64,000 nt of DNA from Chiloscyllium plagiosum (Eukaryota). The stretch covers positions 14,293,729-14,357,728 of the forward strand of contig NC_057720.1 in the NCBI RefSeq assembly GCF_004010195.1, written 5' to 3'. Below the pieces are notes generated by a model that worked only from the letters and a program-made list of their open reading frames with translations, ran no database searches and had not been told where the DNA came from. The first letter of the stretch is position 1; each line of letters begins with the position of its first letter. Positions 1 through 13,149 of the stretch are shown here, in pieces. A program made the position numbers and the translations under genes.

Positions 1-242
1 TCTTCACCCAGAGAGTGGTGGCTGTGTGGAATGCTCTTCCCCAGAGGGCAAGGGAGGACTAGTCTCTGGATTCATTTAAGAAAGAGTTGGATGGAGCTCT
101 CAAGGATAGTGGAATCAAGGGTTATGGAGATAAGGCAGGAACAGGATACTGATTGAGGATGATCAGCCATGATCATATTGAATGGTGGTGCAGGCACGAA
201 GGATAGAATGGCCTACTCCTGCACCTATTGTCTATTGTCTAT
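1..242 (+). mobile_element. CR1 LINE 3' end
   Basis: Encodes the FTQRVVAVWNALP ORF2 C-terminal motif, then a CR1 3' UTR and a (CTATTGT)n tail. Confidence 0.9.
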
Positions 243-429
243 AACCTTGGTGAAACAACTTTGGAAAACCTGCACCACTTTCTGTATCTTTGAAGTCACC
301 TCTCCTCCAAAGTCAACCTTAATTACAAGATCCAAAATCATCTTAAATGCACTGAAACATGCACTGGACACCTCCAAACAAGAGTCTTTCATGATCATGA
401 TATTTGGACAGATACCAAAATGTTAGCAT

Positions 430-1080
430 GCAATGCAGTGGTGATCTCAACGCTTCTGTACGCAACAGTGACTTGGACAACATATTGCTGACATCTGAAG
501 GCACTTGAAAAGTTCCATCATCAATGCCTTTGAAACATCTTGAATATCAGCTGGGAAGATAGAAGAACCAACATCAGTGCGCTGAATGAAGCAAAAACAA
601 CAAGCTTTGAAGCCTACATCATCAAGAACCAACTAAGATGGAGCGGTCATGTTGTTCGGATGAAAGACGATCGTCTGCCAAAACAAATCTTCTCTTCGCA
701 GCTTAAAGAGGGGAAACGTAAAAAAGGTGGACAACAGAAGAGATTCAAAGATGTTTTAAAAGCCAACCTGAAGAAATGCAACATCGGCATCAACAACTGG
801 GAAACCAATGACAAGGACAGGAAACTCTGGCAAACCATCATCCGAGAAGGAACAGCAACCTTTGAAGCCAACAGATGTGCAGAGCTAGAAGAAAAGAGAA
901 GAAAACAGAAAGTGATCAGCAACAACCAAAGCCCGATCTACCATCTGGAACTACTTGTCCTGCATGTGGAAGAACTTTCAAAGTCAAGATTGGACTCATA
1001 AGCCACCTGAGAGCCCATAAATAGATCAATGGAATGAAGGCCATCATCCTCAACCTCGAGAAATAGTCACGATGACAACG
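430..1080 (+). mobile_element. RTE-clade LINE 3' fragment (ORF2 C-terminus, disrupted)
   Basis: ORF 540-1001 contains QLRWSGHVVRMKDDRLPKQI and KRKKGGQQKRFKD. Upstream reads TWTTY..LKALEKFH with stops. Terminal C2H2 finger CPACGRTF/KIGLISHLRAH is frameshifted. Confidence 0.9.
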
Positions 1081-2169
1081 ACCCTGAGGAACTCCTGCAG
1101 AGATGTCCCAGGACCACCATGGCTAATTTCCAATAACCATAACTATCCTCCTTTGTGCTCAGTATGCCTCCAATCACTGAATAATGGTTCCATTAATTCC
1201 TACCAGTTTTGCTAGGATTCCATTATGCCATTCTCAGTCAAGTACTACCTTTTTGTTGAGGGCAATCACCTTCACCTCAGCTCTGGAGTGTAGCTATCAT
1301 GTCCATATTTGTACCAAGTCTATAATAAGGTCTGGAACCAAAAGGACCAGCCAAGTTCAGATGGACATATCCACCAGGCTAGGGTTGTGTTGGTGAGAGA
1401 ACAATCTTAGTGTATGAAGAACCCAAACTGATCATTAGTGAGCCATGCTGAGTAAATTACACTTTATTCTTAAGATAGAATGAGGAGCCTGTCAGGCCAT
1501 GAGACTCCAGATATTTTCTGGAACACAGCTCTGCTGCTGCTGGTGTCTCACAACACCTCATGGATACCCAGTTTGAGCTGCTGTGTTCATTTAGCAACAT
1601 CATGGTCATGCTACATGATGGACTGTGTGAAGCTGGAACTCAGTCTCCACAAAGACTTTGAGATTGACTTCCCTACCAATACTATCATGGACAGACACAT
1701 ACACATAGATTGTTTTCTCACCAACACAACCCGAGTCTGATGGATATGTCCTTCTAGACTTGACTGGTTTAGTCAGTGATGGTGTTGCTGAGCCATTCTT
1801 TGTGAAGGGTACTTAAGGGCCCTGTTCAGAGCATTTTCTGTATCTTTGCTGCTGTCAGTGCTCCTTCCAAGTGATACTTAACATTAATGGGACTGATTCA
1901 TTGACAGATTGAAGGATAATAAGTGGAAACCAGTCGGAGGTTTTTTTGTCCATATTAAACCTGATACTATGGAACTTAAAGGAGACTGGAACCAATATTC
2001 ATGTCGCCCAGAGTGAGTCCTTCTTACTGTATACCACTGTCCCTCCATGTCAGGTGGGACATACCCAGGGAGGAGTCAGGGACATTGACTTTAGTGTATG
2101 AAATAATTAGTATAATTTCAGGCTGTTGCTTGATTTGTCTATAGAAATATTCCATCTTTAGCATTAAGG

Positions 2170-2530
2170 TACATATTAATGGAGGTGGAAAGGCAGATAG
2201 AGAAGGAATTTTAAGGCTTGGGACTTTGGTAGCTGAAAGCTTGGGTGCCGATGATAGAATGAAGTAAATTGGGAACAAGCAAGAGGGCCGATCGGAAGAA
2301 TGAGGACATTTCAAAGACCTGTAGAGTTGAAGGAGACTGGGATCTGTAAGGCCATGAAGGGATTTGAAAATAAGGATGCAAATTTCAAAACCATGACGAT
2401 GCCAGACTGGGAACGGATGGATATCAGAGATATCAGAAGTGATGGGTGAATAGAATTTGGTGTGAATTAGAATATAAGTTGTAGAGTTTTGGATGAGTCC
2501 AAGTTCATTAGGATGGGAGAACATTGGAAT
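2170..2530 (-). mobile_element. L2 LINE ORF2 C-terminal fragment, decayed
   Basis: ORF 2024-2524(-) contains LIQNSTTYILIHTK..SPITS..DIHPFPV..FEICILIFKSLHGL, matching the L2 pattern QNSAAR..HITPVL..LHWLPV..FKILIL.FKSLHGL. Confidence 0.75.
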
Positions 2531-2867
2531 GCAAAGCTAGGAAGATCATGGAGGAGTTTCTGGAGCAGATGCACGAAGGTGTAGTCGGAAATGTATAGTG
2601 TGACAAAGGTAGAAGTAAACATAAAAAGTCTTAGTGATGAAGCGAAGATGTGTTTGCATTCTCAGTTTAAGTATTCCTTATTCATCCCATACTTATCTGA
2701 TTTCCCTTGCTTTAAGGACAAGATGTCAACTGCATAGGTCTAGGGTTTGCAGGAGGCATCACCTGGGTAATGACTGTGAGGTCAAATGTCAGGCTGAACA
2801 AGCACATGTGCCAAATGCTTGTATCCAATAGAAAAGTTCATGTCTACTACAAATACAGGAGGCAGCA

Positions 2868-3068
2868 CTGAGTCATACAGCATGGACACAGACCCTTTGG
2901 TCCAACTCGTCCATGCTGACCAGGTTTCCCATGCTGAAGTACTCCCATTTCCTTGCGTTTGGCCCATATCCCTCTAAACCTTTCTTATTCATTTATTTGT
3001 CCAAATGACTTTTAAATGTTGTAACTGTACCTGCATCTATCACCTCCTCTGGCAGTTCATTCCACATA
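2868..3068 (-). mobile_element. CR1 LINE 3' end
   Basis: Reverse complement of the WNELPEEV..AGTVTTFK motif plus 3' UTR and TATGACTC-type tail. Confidence 0.85.
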
Positions 3069-3365
3069 TTAGAATTAGAATCCCTACTGTGTGGAAACAG
3101 GCCATTCAGCCCAACAAGTCCACACTGACCCTCTGACGATCATTCTCCTACATTTACTCCTGTTTCATGCACCTAACCTATACATCCCTGAAAGCTAAGG
3201 CAATTTAACTCGACCAATTCACCTGACCTGCACATCTTTGGACTGTGGGAGGAAACCCACGCAGACACGGGGAGAATGTGCAAAGGGTCACCCAAGGCAG
3301 GAATTGAACCCAGGTCACTAGTACTGTGAGGCAACAGTGCTTACCACTGAGCGACTGTGCTGCCA
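3069..3365 (-). mobile_element. HE1-type tRNA-derived V-SINE
   Basis: Minus strand has A box GCTCAGTGG, B box GGTTCAATTCC, V-domain TTTGCACATTCTCCCCGTGTCTGCGTGGGTTTCC and a CR1-like tail. Confidence 0.85.
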
Positions 3366-4774
3366 GAAGGTTTGAGCTATACTCTGTTTGAACAAGGAGA
3401 GAGACATGAGCTGGAATAGAACTCAGACCTCAAAGGATCAAAAAGTGAAATGACATTCAGAAAACATACTTTTGGAGGTCCATGTTATGAATGAGTTGAA
3501 TAATCAAGCAGGCAGTCCAGGATGAGGACAAATTGCTGACTTTAATCGATGATAGACGTGATAGACCAAACTTAGATGCAGGAATATAACAGGCATTTAA
3601 ATTCAAGGCATTATTTTCACAAAGCAAGAGTTTATTGAAACAAAATTGATCTAATTATATGCAAATCTGACATCAAGAATCCTGATTTAAATAAATCTTA
3701 CTTAAGCCTCAGTATTTTCTATCTGCGACTTCTAATTCACAGGCGCTCATTGATCCTTTTCCATGATTTTTATAGCCCAGACTTCTGTCTTTTCCAAGAC
3801 ATTCTGGGTTTTGTGAGAGATCAAAGTTCTCTTCCACAAACGGCATTCTCGATTAGTTGTTAAGTAAAGGTATTAAAGGTTATGGGCCAAACACAGAGAT
3901 ATAGAATGCAGCCAAAGATCAGTCATGATCTTATTGAATGGCAGAACAGGCTCAAGGGGCTAAAAGAAATACTGCTGTCCCTAACAAATAATTTTACAGA
4001 TGTGGCCTTTTTTTATCAGCTGGCAACTGCTTGTGCCTCATGTGAGACTTCCTTGTTCCATAGCACTGACAGTGAGCCTTAATGTCTGCTGTCTGAGGTA
4101 CTCTGATGTGTTGGTTTGTCACATATGTCCTTAGAGTTTCCAAACTTTATAAGCTGAAAAGGTTCTGTTGCTTTACTGTGATGAGCTTGTCCTTCTCAAA
4201 AGTTTTCTGTGTGGTTCTTTTTATTTTATATTTCCAGCACAGTCTGAATAGCTTTCTCTAAAGCAAGATCTTCTTTTGACTGTAATAATCTGACAAAGAC
4301 TCATCAGTAATTTAATTTCAACAACAATTTTCTCTCTATGATTTTAAAATGGTCACAGTTTTGTACTAATCTGCAGAGATCATTAATTAACTTAGCTATG
4401 TATTTCCCTGGATGCTGGATCAGTTAAAGCTTGCTCTTTCAATAATGCATTTATTCTCATATTAAAGTAAATAAGAGCATGTTGTAAGACTTCCAACTGG
4501 AGAGGAAGATCATTTATGTTTGAACACTAAAATAGAATCACTAATCGTGGCATACATAGAAGAATCCCAACCCAGGACAGACAATCCGGCAGACCCATCC
4601 CTGCATATGCTATTTTCCCTTTTCATTTTCTTTTTTCTTTGTTTCTTTTTTGTAATATCCAAAAGTCCTCTTAAAAAATCACCATAACTTATAACTATTA
4701 ACCACCACTTTGGTGTGCTTTTTTTATGGCATCTGCTTTATTTTGTTTTAAAACCTATTTTCTAATCAACTTTC

Positions 4775-5160
4775 TCACTCCCTCCACCACTGATACTCAG
4801 TAGTAGCAGTGGGTACTATCTACAAGATGCACTGTATAAATTCACCAAAGATTCAGCATCTTCCGAACCAACAACCATTACCATCTAGAAGGATAACGGC
4901 AGCAGATACATGGGAACACCACCATCTTCAACTTCTCCTCCAAGACACTCACCATCCTGACTTGGAAATATATCACTGATCCTTCACTTTTGCTTGGTCA
5001 AAATCCTGAATTCGCTCCTGAAGGGCATTATGGGTCTACCTACAGCACAGGGACTTCAGCAGCTCAAGAAGGCAGCTCATCTTCTGAATGGTAACTAGAG
5101 AGGGGCAATTAATGCTGGTCCAGCCAACAACACCCATGACCCTCAAGTGTTTAAAAAAAA
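4775..5160 (+). mobile_element. L2/CR1-group LINE 3' end (DeuSINE partner family)
   Basis: Decayed SLHH..SVVAVGTIYKMHC..GSKS(W)NSL..LQQLKKAAH C-terminus and A-rich tail; same family as 5600-5990, 12600-12780 and 53490-53985. Confidence 0.7.
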
Positions 5161-5599
5161 CTTGTTCCACCTGTCTAACTAAGAAGTTCTTACAGATCTC
5201 AAGAACTGTTCCCGCTGAGATTTCCAATCCTGCATTCTAATTCGCCTTCCTCTGAAAGTAAATCTGCCAGGCAGAATTATTTCTCTGCCATTTCCTCTGA
5301 ATGTAATGATTTATTTGTCATGCTTTGAAACTTTCTAATACAGTGTAATCTCAATACTTTTCCATGCTCTTTCTCAAGCAGATTCTTACTTCTTATTCTA
5401 GCATTACTGCTTCATGATCATTGTCTTCTGTAAAATAGCAATACTGCATCTCGGCACTGCTTACTTGTGATTTTCCCATCTCTTGTGATAAAATTTAAGG
5501 GTTCTGATGTTTTGGAGGCAAAATTAAGGTTTCCCTCTTTGTATTTTCATAATTGAGGCTGTTTGCCTTTTCCTGGATAAAAAAAGACTAGTTTCTACA

Positions 5600-5990
5600 T
5601 TTTTAAAAATTCCGTTAGTGGAATGCAGGCATCTTTGGCTAGCCCATCCCTAGTTGCCCTTGAGAAAGTGGTAGCGAGTTGCTGTCTCAAACTGCTGCAG
5701 TCCATTGCTATGCATTGGTTCACAATGTCTTTAGGGAGGGAATTCCAGGATTTTGACCCAGTGACAGTGAAGGAAGGGCGATAGATTTACAAGTTCGGAT
5801 GATAAATGGTTTGGAGGGGAAGTTGAAGGTGGTGTTCCCATATATCTGCTGCCCTTGTCCTTCTAGATGGAAGTGGTCATGGATTTGGAAGGTGTTGTCT
5901 GAAAATAATAGTGAATTTCTGCAGTGCATCTTGTAGAGAGTACATACTGCTGCTACTGAGCGTCGGTGGTGGAGGGAGTGGGTGTGGTGT
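5600..5990 (-). mobile_element. L2/CR1-group LINE 3' end (same family as 4775-5160)
   Basis: Reverse-complement similarity to 4775-5160, e.g. GGAATTCCAGGATTTTGACCCAGTGACAGTGAAGGA. Confidence 0.7.
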
Positions 5991-6469
5991 TAACAAGCAG
6001 TTGTGTTCATGGTCTAATAAACAATACCCATTCTTTGTCACAACTTTATCTACAAAGCCTTATGCCTGAACTACAGTTTAAATTGTGTATTTCCTGCTGT
6101 TATCACAATCTCAATAGTCTTTTGCTATCTTCTTCTGTTAGATTCAATTGCCCAATTATTGAATGGATTTTGTGTCATTACCAGTGCTATGACCTCAATT
6201 TAAAGTTTTTCTATGGGGCAGGATTTTTCTGCTGTATCTGGGCCTCATTGTGTCTGCTCTCTCTGACAGCAATGTTCGATATGAGCTGTACGTACTCTTT
6301 CTAGCCATCTCAGCCTGTTCGTGCCATTACCTTAAAGATTTCCCCTTGCCCAGCAGGGATTTTTAACTTTACTCATGAAGTTCAGATTCCCATCCAACCC
6401 TTTAATCAGATTACTCCTACACATCATCACGTCTCAACAGAATCTGTAACCATCAAGGAAAACTTGAGT

Positions 6470-6790
6470 TTTCCTCAAGTCCCCTCTAAACCGTTTGCCT
6501 TTCACCTTAAAATTATTGACCCTTCAACTCAAGGGAGCAGCTGCTTTCTCTCCATCCTGACCACGCCCCTCATAGTCTTGTACACCTCTATCAGTTCCCC
6601 TCTCAGCCTTCACTGCTTGAAAGGAAAAATTCAATCTTATCCAGCCTCTCTTCATAGTTAAACTGCTCTATCCGAGACAGCATCCTGGTGAATCTCCTCT
6701 GCACCCACTCCAGTGGGATCACATCCTCCCTACAGTGTGGTGATCAGAACAGCACACAGTACTCCAAATGTGGTCTAAACAGAGTTTTGG
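6470..6790 (-). mobile_element. CR1 LINE fragment, decayed
   Basis: Reverse complement of [20 protein letters not shown]. Confidence 0.7.
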
Positions 6791-7103
6791 ACAGATACTA
6801 ACTTTGGGTTGAATCCTTTAAGTGGAGGAGTGGAGCAGAGATTAAATAAAATGGGTGGAGAGAAACATGTGGTAAAAGGAGAGATGAGAGGAGTGATAGA
6901 AAATAGCAGAGAGAAAGGAAGAGGGAAGTAGTAATAAGAGAGGAGAAAATTAATGCAACAAACATAAAGAAAATGAAAAGGAAAAACATAAAATCCGCTT
7001 TCCCTATTCAGTGGAAAATTTCTCAAGTTAATTTATATCTAACTATGAACTCAATCAGCATTTGAATCTTTAGATGGTTGGCACAATGCAAAGTACATTT
7101 TCT

Positions 7104-7567
7104 GGATAGGAGCAAATTACTCCAGATGCTGGAATCTGTACTGAAAATAACAAGTGCTGGTGGTCACAGCAGGTCAGACAGCATCCATGGAGAGAGAGCA
7201 AGCTAACCTTTCGAGATTAGATGACTCTTCATCAGAGCTTCACCAGCTCTGATGAAGAGTCATCTACACTCTAAACATTTACTTGCTCTCTCTTCATGGT
7301 TTTTGTTCAAAAGTCACATGACACTAGGTTATAGTCCAACAGGTTTATTTGAAAACATAAGCTTTCAGAGCACTGTTCCTTCTTCAAGTGTTAGTGACTA
7401 ACACCTGAAGGAGGAGCAAGGCTCTGAAATCTTGTTTTCAAATAAATCTTTTGGACTATAACCCGGTGTTGTGTGATTTCTGACCTTGTCCACCCCAGTC
7501 CAACACTAGCATCTCCACTCCATGGAGACTGTCTGACATGCTGTGATTGCCAGCATTTGCTGTTTTC
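7104..7567. mobile_element. Penelope-derived fold-back element (family C) with a nested family-B fold-back at about 7300-7520
   Basis: Inverted arms centred near 7242 with degenerate CTGATGAAGAGTC..CTCGAAA cores. The right arm resumes after 7520. AGTACATTTTCT direct repeat at 7092-7103 and 7568-7579. Confidence 0.75.
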
Positions 7568-7741
7568 AGTACATTTTCTAAATATTTGGATCCTTACAGA
7601 ACATTCAATGTAAATAGCTATCAATCCCTGAAATGTGAACATGCCCTCAAATTCTTGCAATCACTAACAATGTCTATTGTGCTTTCAATAATTTTCACCT
7701 GAGTACTATTTAGCATATGGTGAAATTGTACAAAACGGAAG

Positions 7742-8456
7742 TGTTACGTCACGGGGTAAACTCTCCAGCTTACTGTAAACCAGCAACACACAGAAGATTT
7801 ATCCCATGCAATAATCTGTGAAAATTTGAGAGGCCAAGAACTATTTAAAGTAAATATTAACAGCTTTACTTCTTAAAGTATAACAGAGAATAATTAACTA
7901 TTTATAACTCCTCTCTAACCTATCTTTTACCTTCCCCTCTATAATACTAGCCCAATAAAAGTCCTGATCATGATTTACAAAACAAGACTTCTTATCTCAA
8001 AACCAGATAGCTATTAGTTTTCTCTGTATTCCTGTCTTCTTTTCTTTTTCTTGGGGGTTGTGCCTCATAGGTTGCTGATCGATAAAGGTACCTTTTAAGA
8101 GAGCTATTTTTCAGACAATCCTTACATACTGGAGCTTGGCAGTTCTCCTCTCAACTGTTCAATTTTCCCTGGTCTTATATCTCCAAAGCATCGGATTGTA
8201 TCATTGGCTTTTAAGATTGTCAACATACTAAATTCAAATTGGATTGGTATTTGGTATTTTTCGGGGTATAATTTAAACTGATTGGCCTAATTCTAACATG
8301 TTTTTTTCATTTCCAGGCAACCAGCTACCCTAGCTACCCCAGTAGCTGGAGCACATGTTATATTGTATCATTTTTTAAGAACACTCGGTGCTGTCAGGTA
8401 GTTTTTGCTAGTTTTTAACTCACTTAAAAGTACAATACATCCACTTCTTCATAACA
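7742..8456. mobile_element. Probable solo LTR
   Basis: Termini TGTTACG...CATAACA (imperfect inverted repeat, TG..CA), flanked by GAAG/GCAG as a possible 4-bp TSD; no coding capacity. Confidence 0.55.
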
Positions 8457-9814
8457 GCAGAGGTTGCATAGAAGAGACTTTTACATTAGAAACTATTAAA
8501 TACCTTGTAACATGGATCATTTATTTATAATTGAGACACAGTCAGTTAAAATTCTCTTTTTCTTATGGCTTTAATTTTCAGAAAGAAATAATGGAGGTGA
8601 GATACTATTACCTTTCACTGTGCAGTGATGAGTGGATTTCAGCAATGAAATGATGTTCTTCCTTTAGGAAAGGGAGAATCAAGCACAATATTATTTTAGT
8701 CCTCAAATATCAAAATAAGCATTTTTGCTCCTCTTTCAGTAAACGCCTAACTGTTAAAGCAGCAGCAGTAGAAGTTGAAGTGGAAAGGTAAATATTAAAA
8801 TATTGTTAATTCAAAGTAAATATTACCAATTAATAGAAATATTATGTTAATATGATGTTATCCACAGCCATATTTCCAATAATCTAGGATATGTGAAACG
8901 AGGTGTGAATATTAGTATACAGGTGCTTAAGGCTTTTAAACAAAAACGTTTTGCGTAACTTTAACTAAGGCATTAGCATCTTTATTTTAAATGAGTTAAT
9001 GCACGAATTAAAATGACAGAGAGAGAAATTTCAGATGAGTATCTTAAGCTTCTACACACTGTATAATGCCCCAGAACTTCAAAGCTTTCATTTTTTTTTA
9101 TCCTTATTCCATCATGGGATGTGGACATTGATGGCAAAGTCAGAATTTACTGCCAATCCATAATTGCCATTTGAATGTCATGGCTTAATGGGATATATCA
9201 GAGGGTGGTTAAAAATGATCCACATGTGCAGGTGAATGTTTAACATACGGAAGATGCTTAGGGCACTAACATAAATACAATTTCTAATGTACATATGTTA
9301 TTCCCCCATTTGGAGTCATTTTCCACTTGGGCAGAGCAGGTCTCCTAACTGTTACCGAAACCATTGCTATTAACCAACCCAGCTGCTCATTCATTTGTAC
9401 TGCTACCCACCACCTTTCTACATTAAGTGTCTGGCTGAAGTGTCTGTAGGTGTCTCTGCTGCTTTCTGTCAGCCCTGGCTTGAAAAGTTAATTTCTGTCT
9501 CCAGACCTGTTGAGTTGCCCCAGAAAAACTTCATGTTTTTCTTTTAGATTTCCAGCACAGTATTTTGGTTTTAAGTGTCCAGTTTCCCCACCTATCAAGT
9601 CTAGGCTGCACCTCTAAGTCTCTCATCTGAACTTGATACTACTGCCTCCGACTTTCCCAGTTGGTTGAATCCCAATAAGGACAGCAGCCATCCATCCACC
9701 TGAATTTTCATGGTACCGCCTCCAAACTGCTCCAGAATCTTACTGCTTCTGCCTCTAATTCATCCTCTTTTATTAAATCCTAATTCCTTTTAGAGAAGGT
9801 GAAATGGAAAAGGG

Positions 9815-9960
9815 GAAGAAGAAGAAGAAGAAGAAAGGAACAATAAGAGAGAAACAGAGCCTTGTAGAAATAAAGGGAATTGAAATATGGAGACCTGAAG
9901 CAAGACACTTGGACGCGAAGGAAGGAAAGGAAGAAACAGAGAGAGAGAGGAATGAAAAAT
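9815..9960 (+). repeat. Purine-rich low-complexity tract with (GAA)n
   Basis: GAAGAAGAAGAAGAAGAAGAA and GA runs. Confidence 0.7.
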
Positions 9961-10323
9961 GCGGGAAAGACATGCTGTGAGAACTTCTAACAGATTATTG
10001 AAGAAAAGTCAAGCAGAAAGACACATTTTCCGTCAGGTCTGTGGAAAGGTGACTAGACCGGAAACATTAACTCTGATTTCTGCCTACAGATGCTGCTGAG
10101 CTTTTCCAGCAATTTCTGTTTTTGCAAGTACATTAGGAGTTGGGATGTGATGTTTTACCATGACTCTTCTTGACTTAGAACTGTTTAATCAGACAGCCCA
10201 CTCGCTACTAGTGACACCCATTGATCCAGCTCACTCCGTCAACAAGTTGAAGACTTTGCCCTCATGCATGCAGCTAATTATTTTCATTTTGTTGTTTCAC
10301 TTGTTATGTTATGGATGTTTATA

Positions 10324-10461
10324 GGAGAAAGTGAGGTCTGCAGATGCTGGAGATCAGAGCTGGAAATGTGTTGCTGGAAAAGCGCAGCAGGTCAGGCAGC
10401 ATCCAGGGAACAGGAGAATCGACGTTTCGGGTATAAGCCCTTCCTGCAACACATTTCCAGC
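10324..10461 (-). mobile_element. Penelope-derived short element, family A
   Basis: Begins with family terminus GGAGAAAGTGAGG, has a short inverted tail, and a perfect 14-bp TSD TATGGATGTTTATA at 10310-10323 and 10462-10475. Confidence 0.85.
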
Positions 10462-11179
10462 TATGGATGTTTATAACTTTTTTCAAAGCTGAACTGTACT
10501 GAAATACCTCGAACAGTCAGGTGTAATTGATCTGTTATTACTGGTGGATTAAATGCTTTGTCTCTGATTGTTCTTTGCAATGTTCTTTAATTAACTGATT
10601 CATTCTTGTGAGAGTACAGATGCCCAGGACAGGGCTTAAAATTCCAATAAAAGTTATTTTTAGCTTGCTGCATTCATAGTCGCCCATCAAATTAATTAAG
10701 CGAATCACTTTAGCCTATGGTATATGTGTTGCAGCAGTGAATACAGGCATAGGGCTAAATCTGGAAGAGCTTCAAACATGTTGTTCAAAAGAGTTCTTCA
10801 TGGATCGACTCCAGTATGTCCCCCTCATTTCTATCCTCTGGGCTCAGCTTCTTAAACACACATCCCTGCTTACTGCCAGAGTCCTGAATCAGATGGCGCT
10901 CATGTTCAATGCAAAATATGTAGTGACTCAACAGACTGTAGCTGTTATGTCAGATGACCTGACAACCTATCATCCCTCCCAATAAAATGCTCAGATGTAT
11001 CTGGTATGAGCGCACATACAAACATGGGAAAGAGGAGCAGGATGTAGTCCCTTTGACCTGCTCCAGACTGCTCCATCAGTTGATACAATCACAGCCTCTG
11101 CTTTACCTTCCTGTCACAACCCGCCTGTACCAATAACTCTTGACTCCCTTATAATCATCAGTCAAGAATCTATCTAACT

Positions 11180-11890
11180 GGTGAGTGTTGTGAAACAAAG
11201 AAGTCTAGGGGTACAGGTTCATAGCTCCTTGAAACTGGAATCAGTTAGACAGGATGGTGAAGAAGGCTTTTGGTATGCTTGCTTTCATTGGTCAGAGCGC
11301 TGAGTATACAGGAGTTGGGACATCTTATTGCATATGTACAAAACGTTGGTAAGACCATATCTGGAGTACTGTGTGCAGTTTTGGTTGCCGCACTATAGAA
11401 AGGGCATTATTAAATTAGAAACAGCGCAGAAAAGATTTAGAAGGATACTAACTGAACTGGAAGGTTTGAGTTATAAGGAGAGGCTGGATAGACGGGGACT
11501 TTTTTCACTGGAATGCAGGAAACTGAGGGGTGTCCTTATAAAGGTTTATAAAATCATAAGGGGCATAGATAAGGTAGATAGCCGACTGTTTTTTTCCAAT
11601 GGTAGGGAAGTCTAAAACTAAAGGTCATGGGTTTAAGTTGAGAGGAGAGAGACACTACAGGGTCCAGAGGGACAATGTTTTCACCCAGAGGGTGGTGAGT
11701 GTCTGGAATAGGCTGCCACAGGTAGTGGTGGAGGTGAGTACGATTTCATCATTTAAGAAACATTTAGACAAGTATATGGCTAGGATAGGTCTGGAGGGAT
11801 ATGGACCCAATGGAGGCAGATTAGTTATGAAATCTGGGCGGCATGGACAAGTTGGGCCGAATTGCCTGTTTCCATGCTATAAACCTCTAT
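11180..11890 (+). mobile_element. CR1 LINE 3' part
   Basis: ORFs 11328-11615 ([26 protein letters not shown]) and 11599-11892 (FTQRVVSVWNRLP), frameshifted. Confidence 0.92.
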
Positions 11891-12084
11891 AAGCCTAAAC
11901 CTCTCTGAACATTAAAATATATTCATTGACCCTGACTCTTATACCTCACATACCATTTGTTTTTGTTGCTATTGGTCTCCTGCTGCTATTTTCTTGGCTG
12001 TCATTATTGGCCCACGTTCCTCTCTAAGCCTTTGCATTGATGCACCTGTGGGCCTGCAATTTTCATGAGATTGGAGCTCAGATA

Positions 12085-12290
12085 AAAACAAAACTTTGGG
12101 GACGCTGGAAATCTGCAACTAAAACAGAAAATGCTGAAGAGACTCAGCATGTCTGGCAACAACTTTGGAGAGAGAGAAAAACAGAGTTAATGTTTCAAGT
12201 CCAATAGGACTTTATTCTGACAGAACACACTGCACTTGAAATATTAACTCTGTTTCTCTCAACACAAATGCTGCTGGACTTTATTGTAGA
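12085..12290. mobile_element. Old Penelope-derived fold-back element, decayed
   Basis: Inverted arms AACAGAGTTAATGTTTCAAGT / ACTTGAAATATTAACTCTGTT; GCTGGAAATCTG..GAAAATGCTG head resembles families C and D. Confidence 0.55.
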
Positions 12291-13149
12291 AGATTGTAGA
12301 TAGTTGATTGCACAGATCCTGCTCAGTAGTATTGCTATCTCTGTCCAAGAAATCATTAGCAGAAGGTTCTTCAGTTGAATATTTGCTATTGTCTGTCCTC
12401 ATGCATGCCCTGTATTTTGCAGCATTGGACAATAATTGGGAGTAGGATCCTGGTGGTAACTCTGTCATTCTACAGCTCCCACGAGATCAAATGTAGAATA
12501 AGGTTTTCACCCAGGCCCAAATGAGAGAACAGGAATGTGCCCTAATGGTTCTCAGCTCTACGAGCTTTCAGCAGGAACCACAGGTAAGAAACAAAGGCAT
12601 CTCCAATAGCATCTTCCAAACCTGTGACTCTACCAGCTGGAAGGACAAGAGAAGTAAATGCATCAGAGAAACATGCAACTGCAAGTTCTCTTCCAGGTCA
12701 CCCACCCTCCTGACTTGGAACTACATCAACTATTCTTTCATTGTCACTGGGTCAGTTTCCTGGAATTCCCTTGCTAATGGTCCTGTATTCCAATCAGGAA
12801 TGTACTATCAAACACTAAATCAGTGAGAGCATGGATTTGCATTATTAATGGAATTGCCTTCATAATGAAATGTTCCACCGTATAAACAATCATAACTAAC
12901 AGCATATGATCAAATAGTTCCTTTAATTAATCTTTTGATTGTTTCCATTATGTCCTGTTGTCACTTTTTACTTATATCCCTATCTAACTTGTCTCTTCTT
13001 TGCTGTGTCAGGAACGTGCAACCTTCTAGCAATGTGTAAGGTAGAATAATGGCTATAAAGCAAGCCTAGTAATCTAATATGTCTGTGCTGATTATCTAGA
13101 GTTTAAGTTCAAATTTTGCTGAAGAATTTAAATTTTGCTAAAAGTTAGA

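Noticed and set aside
540..1001. 153-aa ORF as a host gene
   Set aside because: It is the C-terminus of an RTE LINE ORF2, with upstream stops and a frameshifted zinc finger
1085..2150. Old LINE-like sequence on the minus strand
   Set aside because: Looks like a decayed internal part of the 4775-5160 family but is too degenerate to delimit or support with a motif
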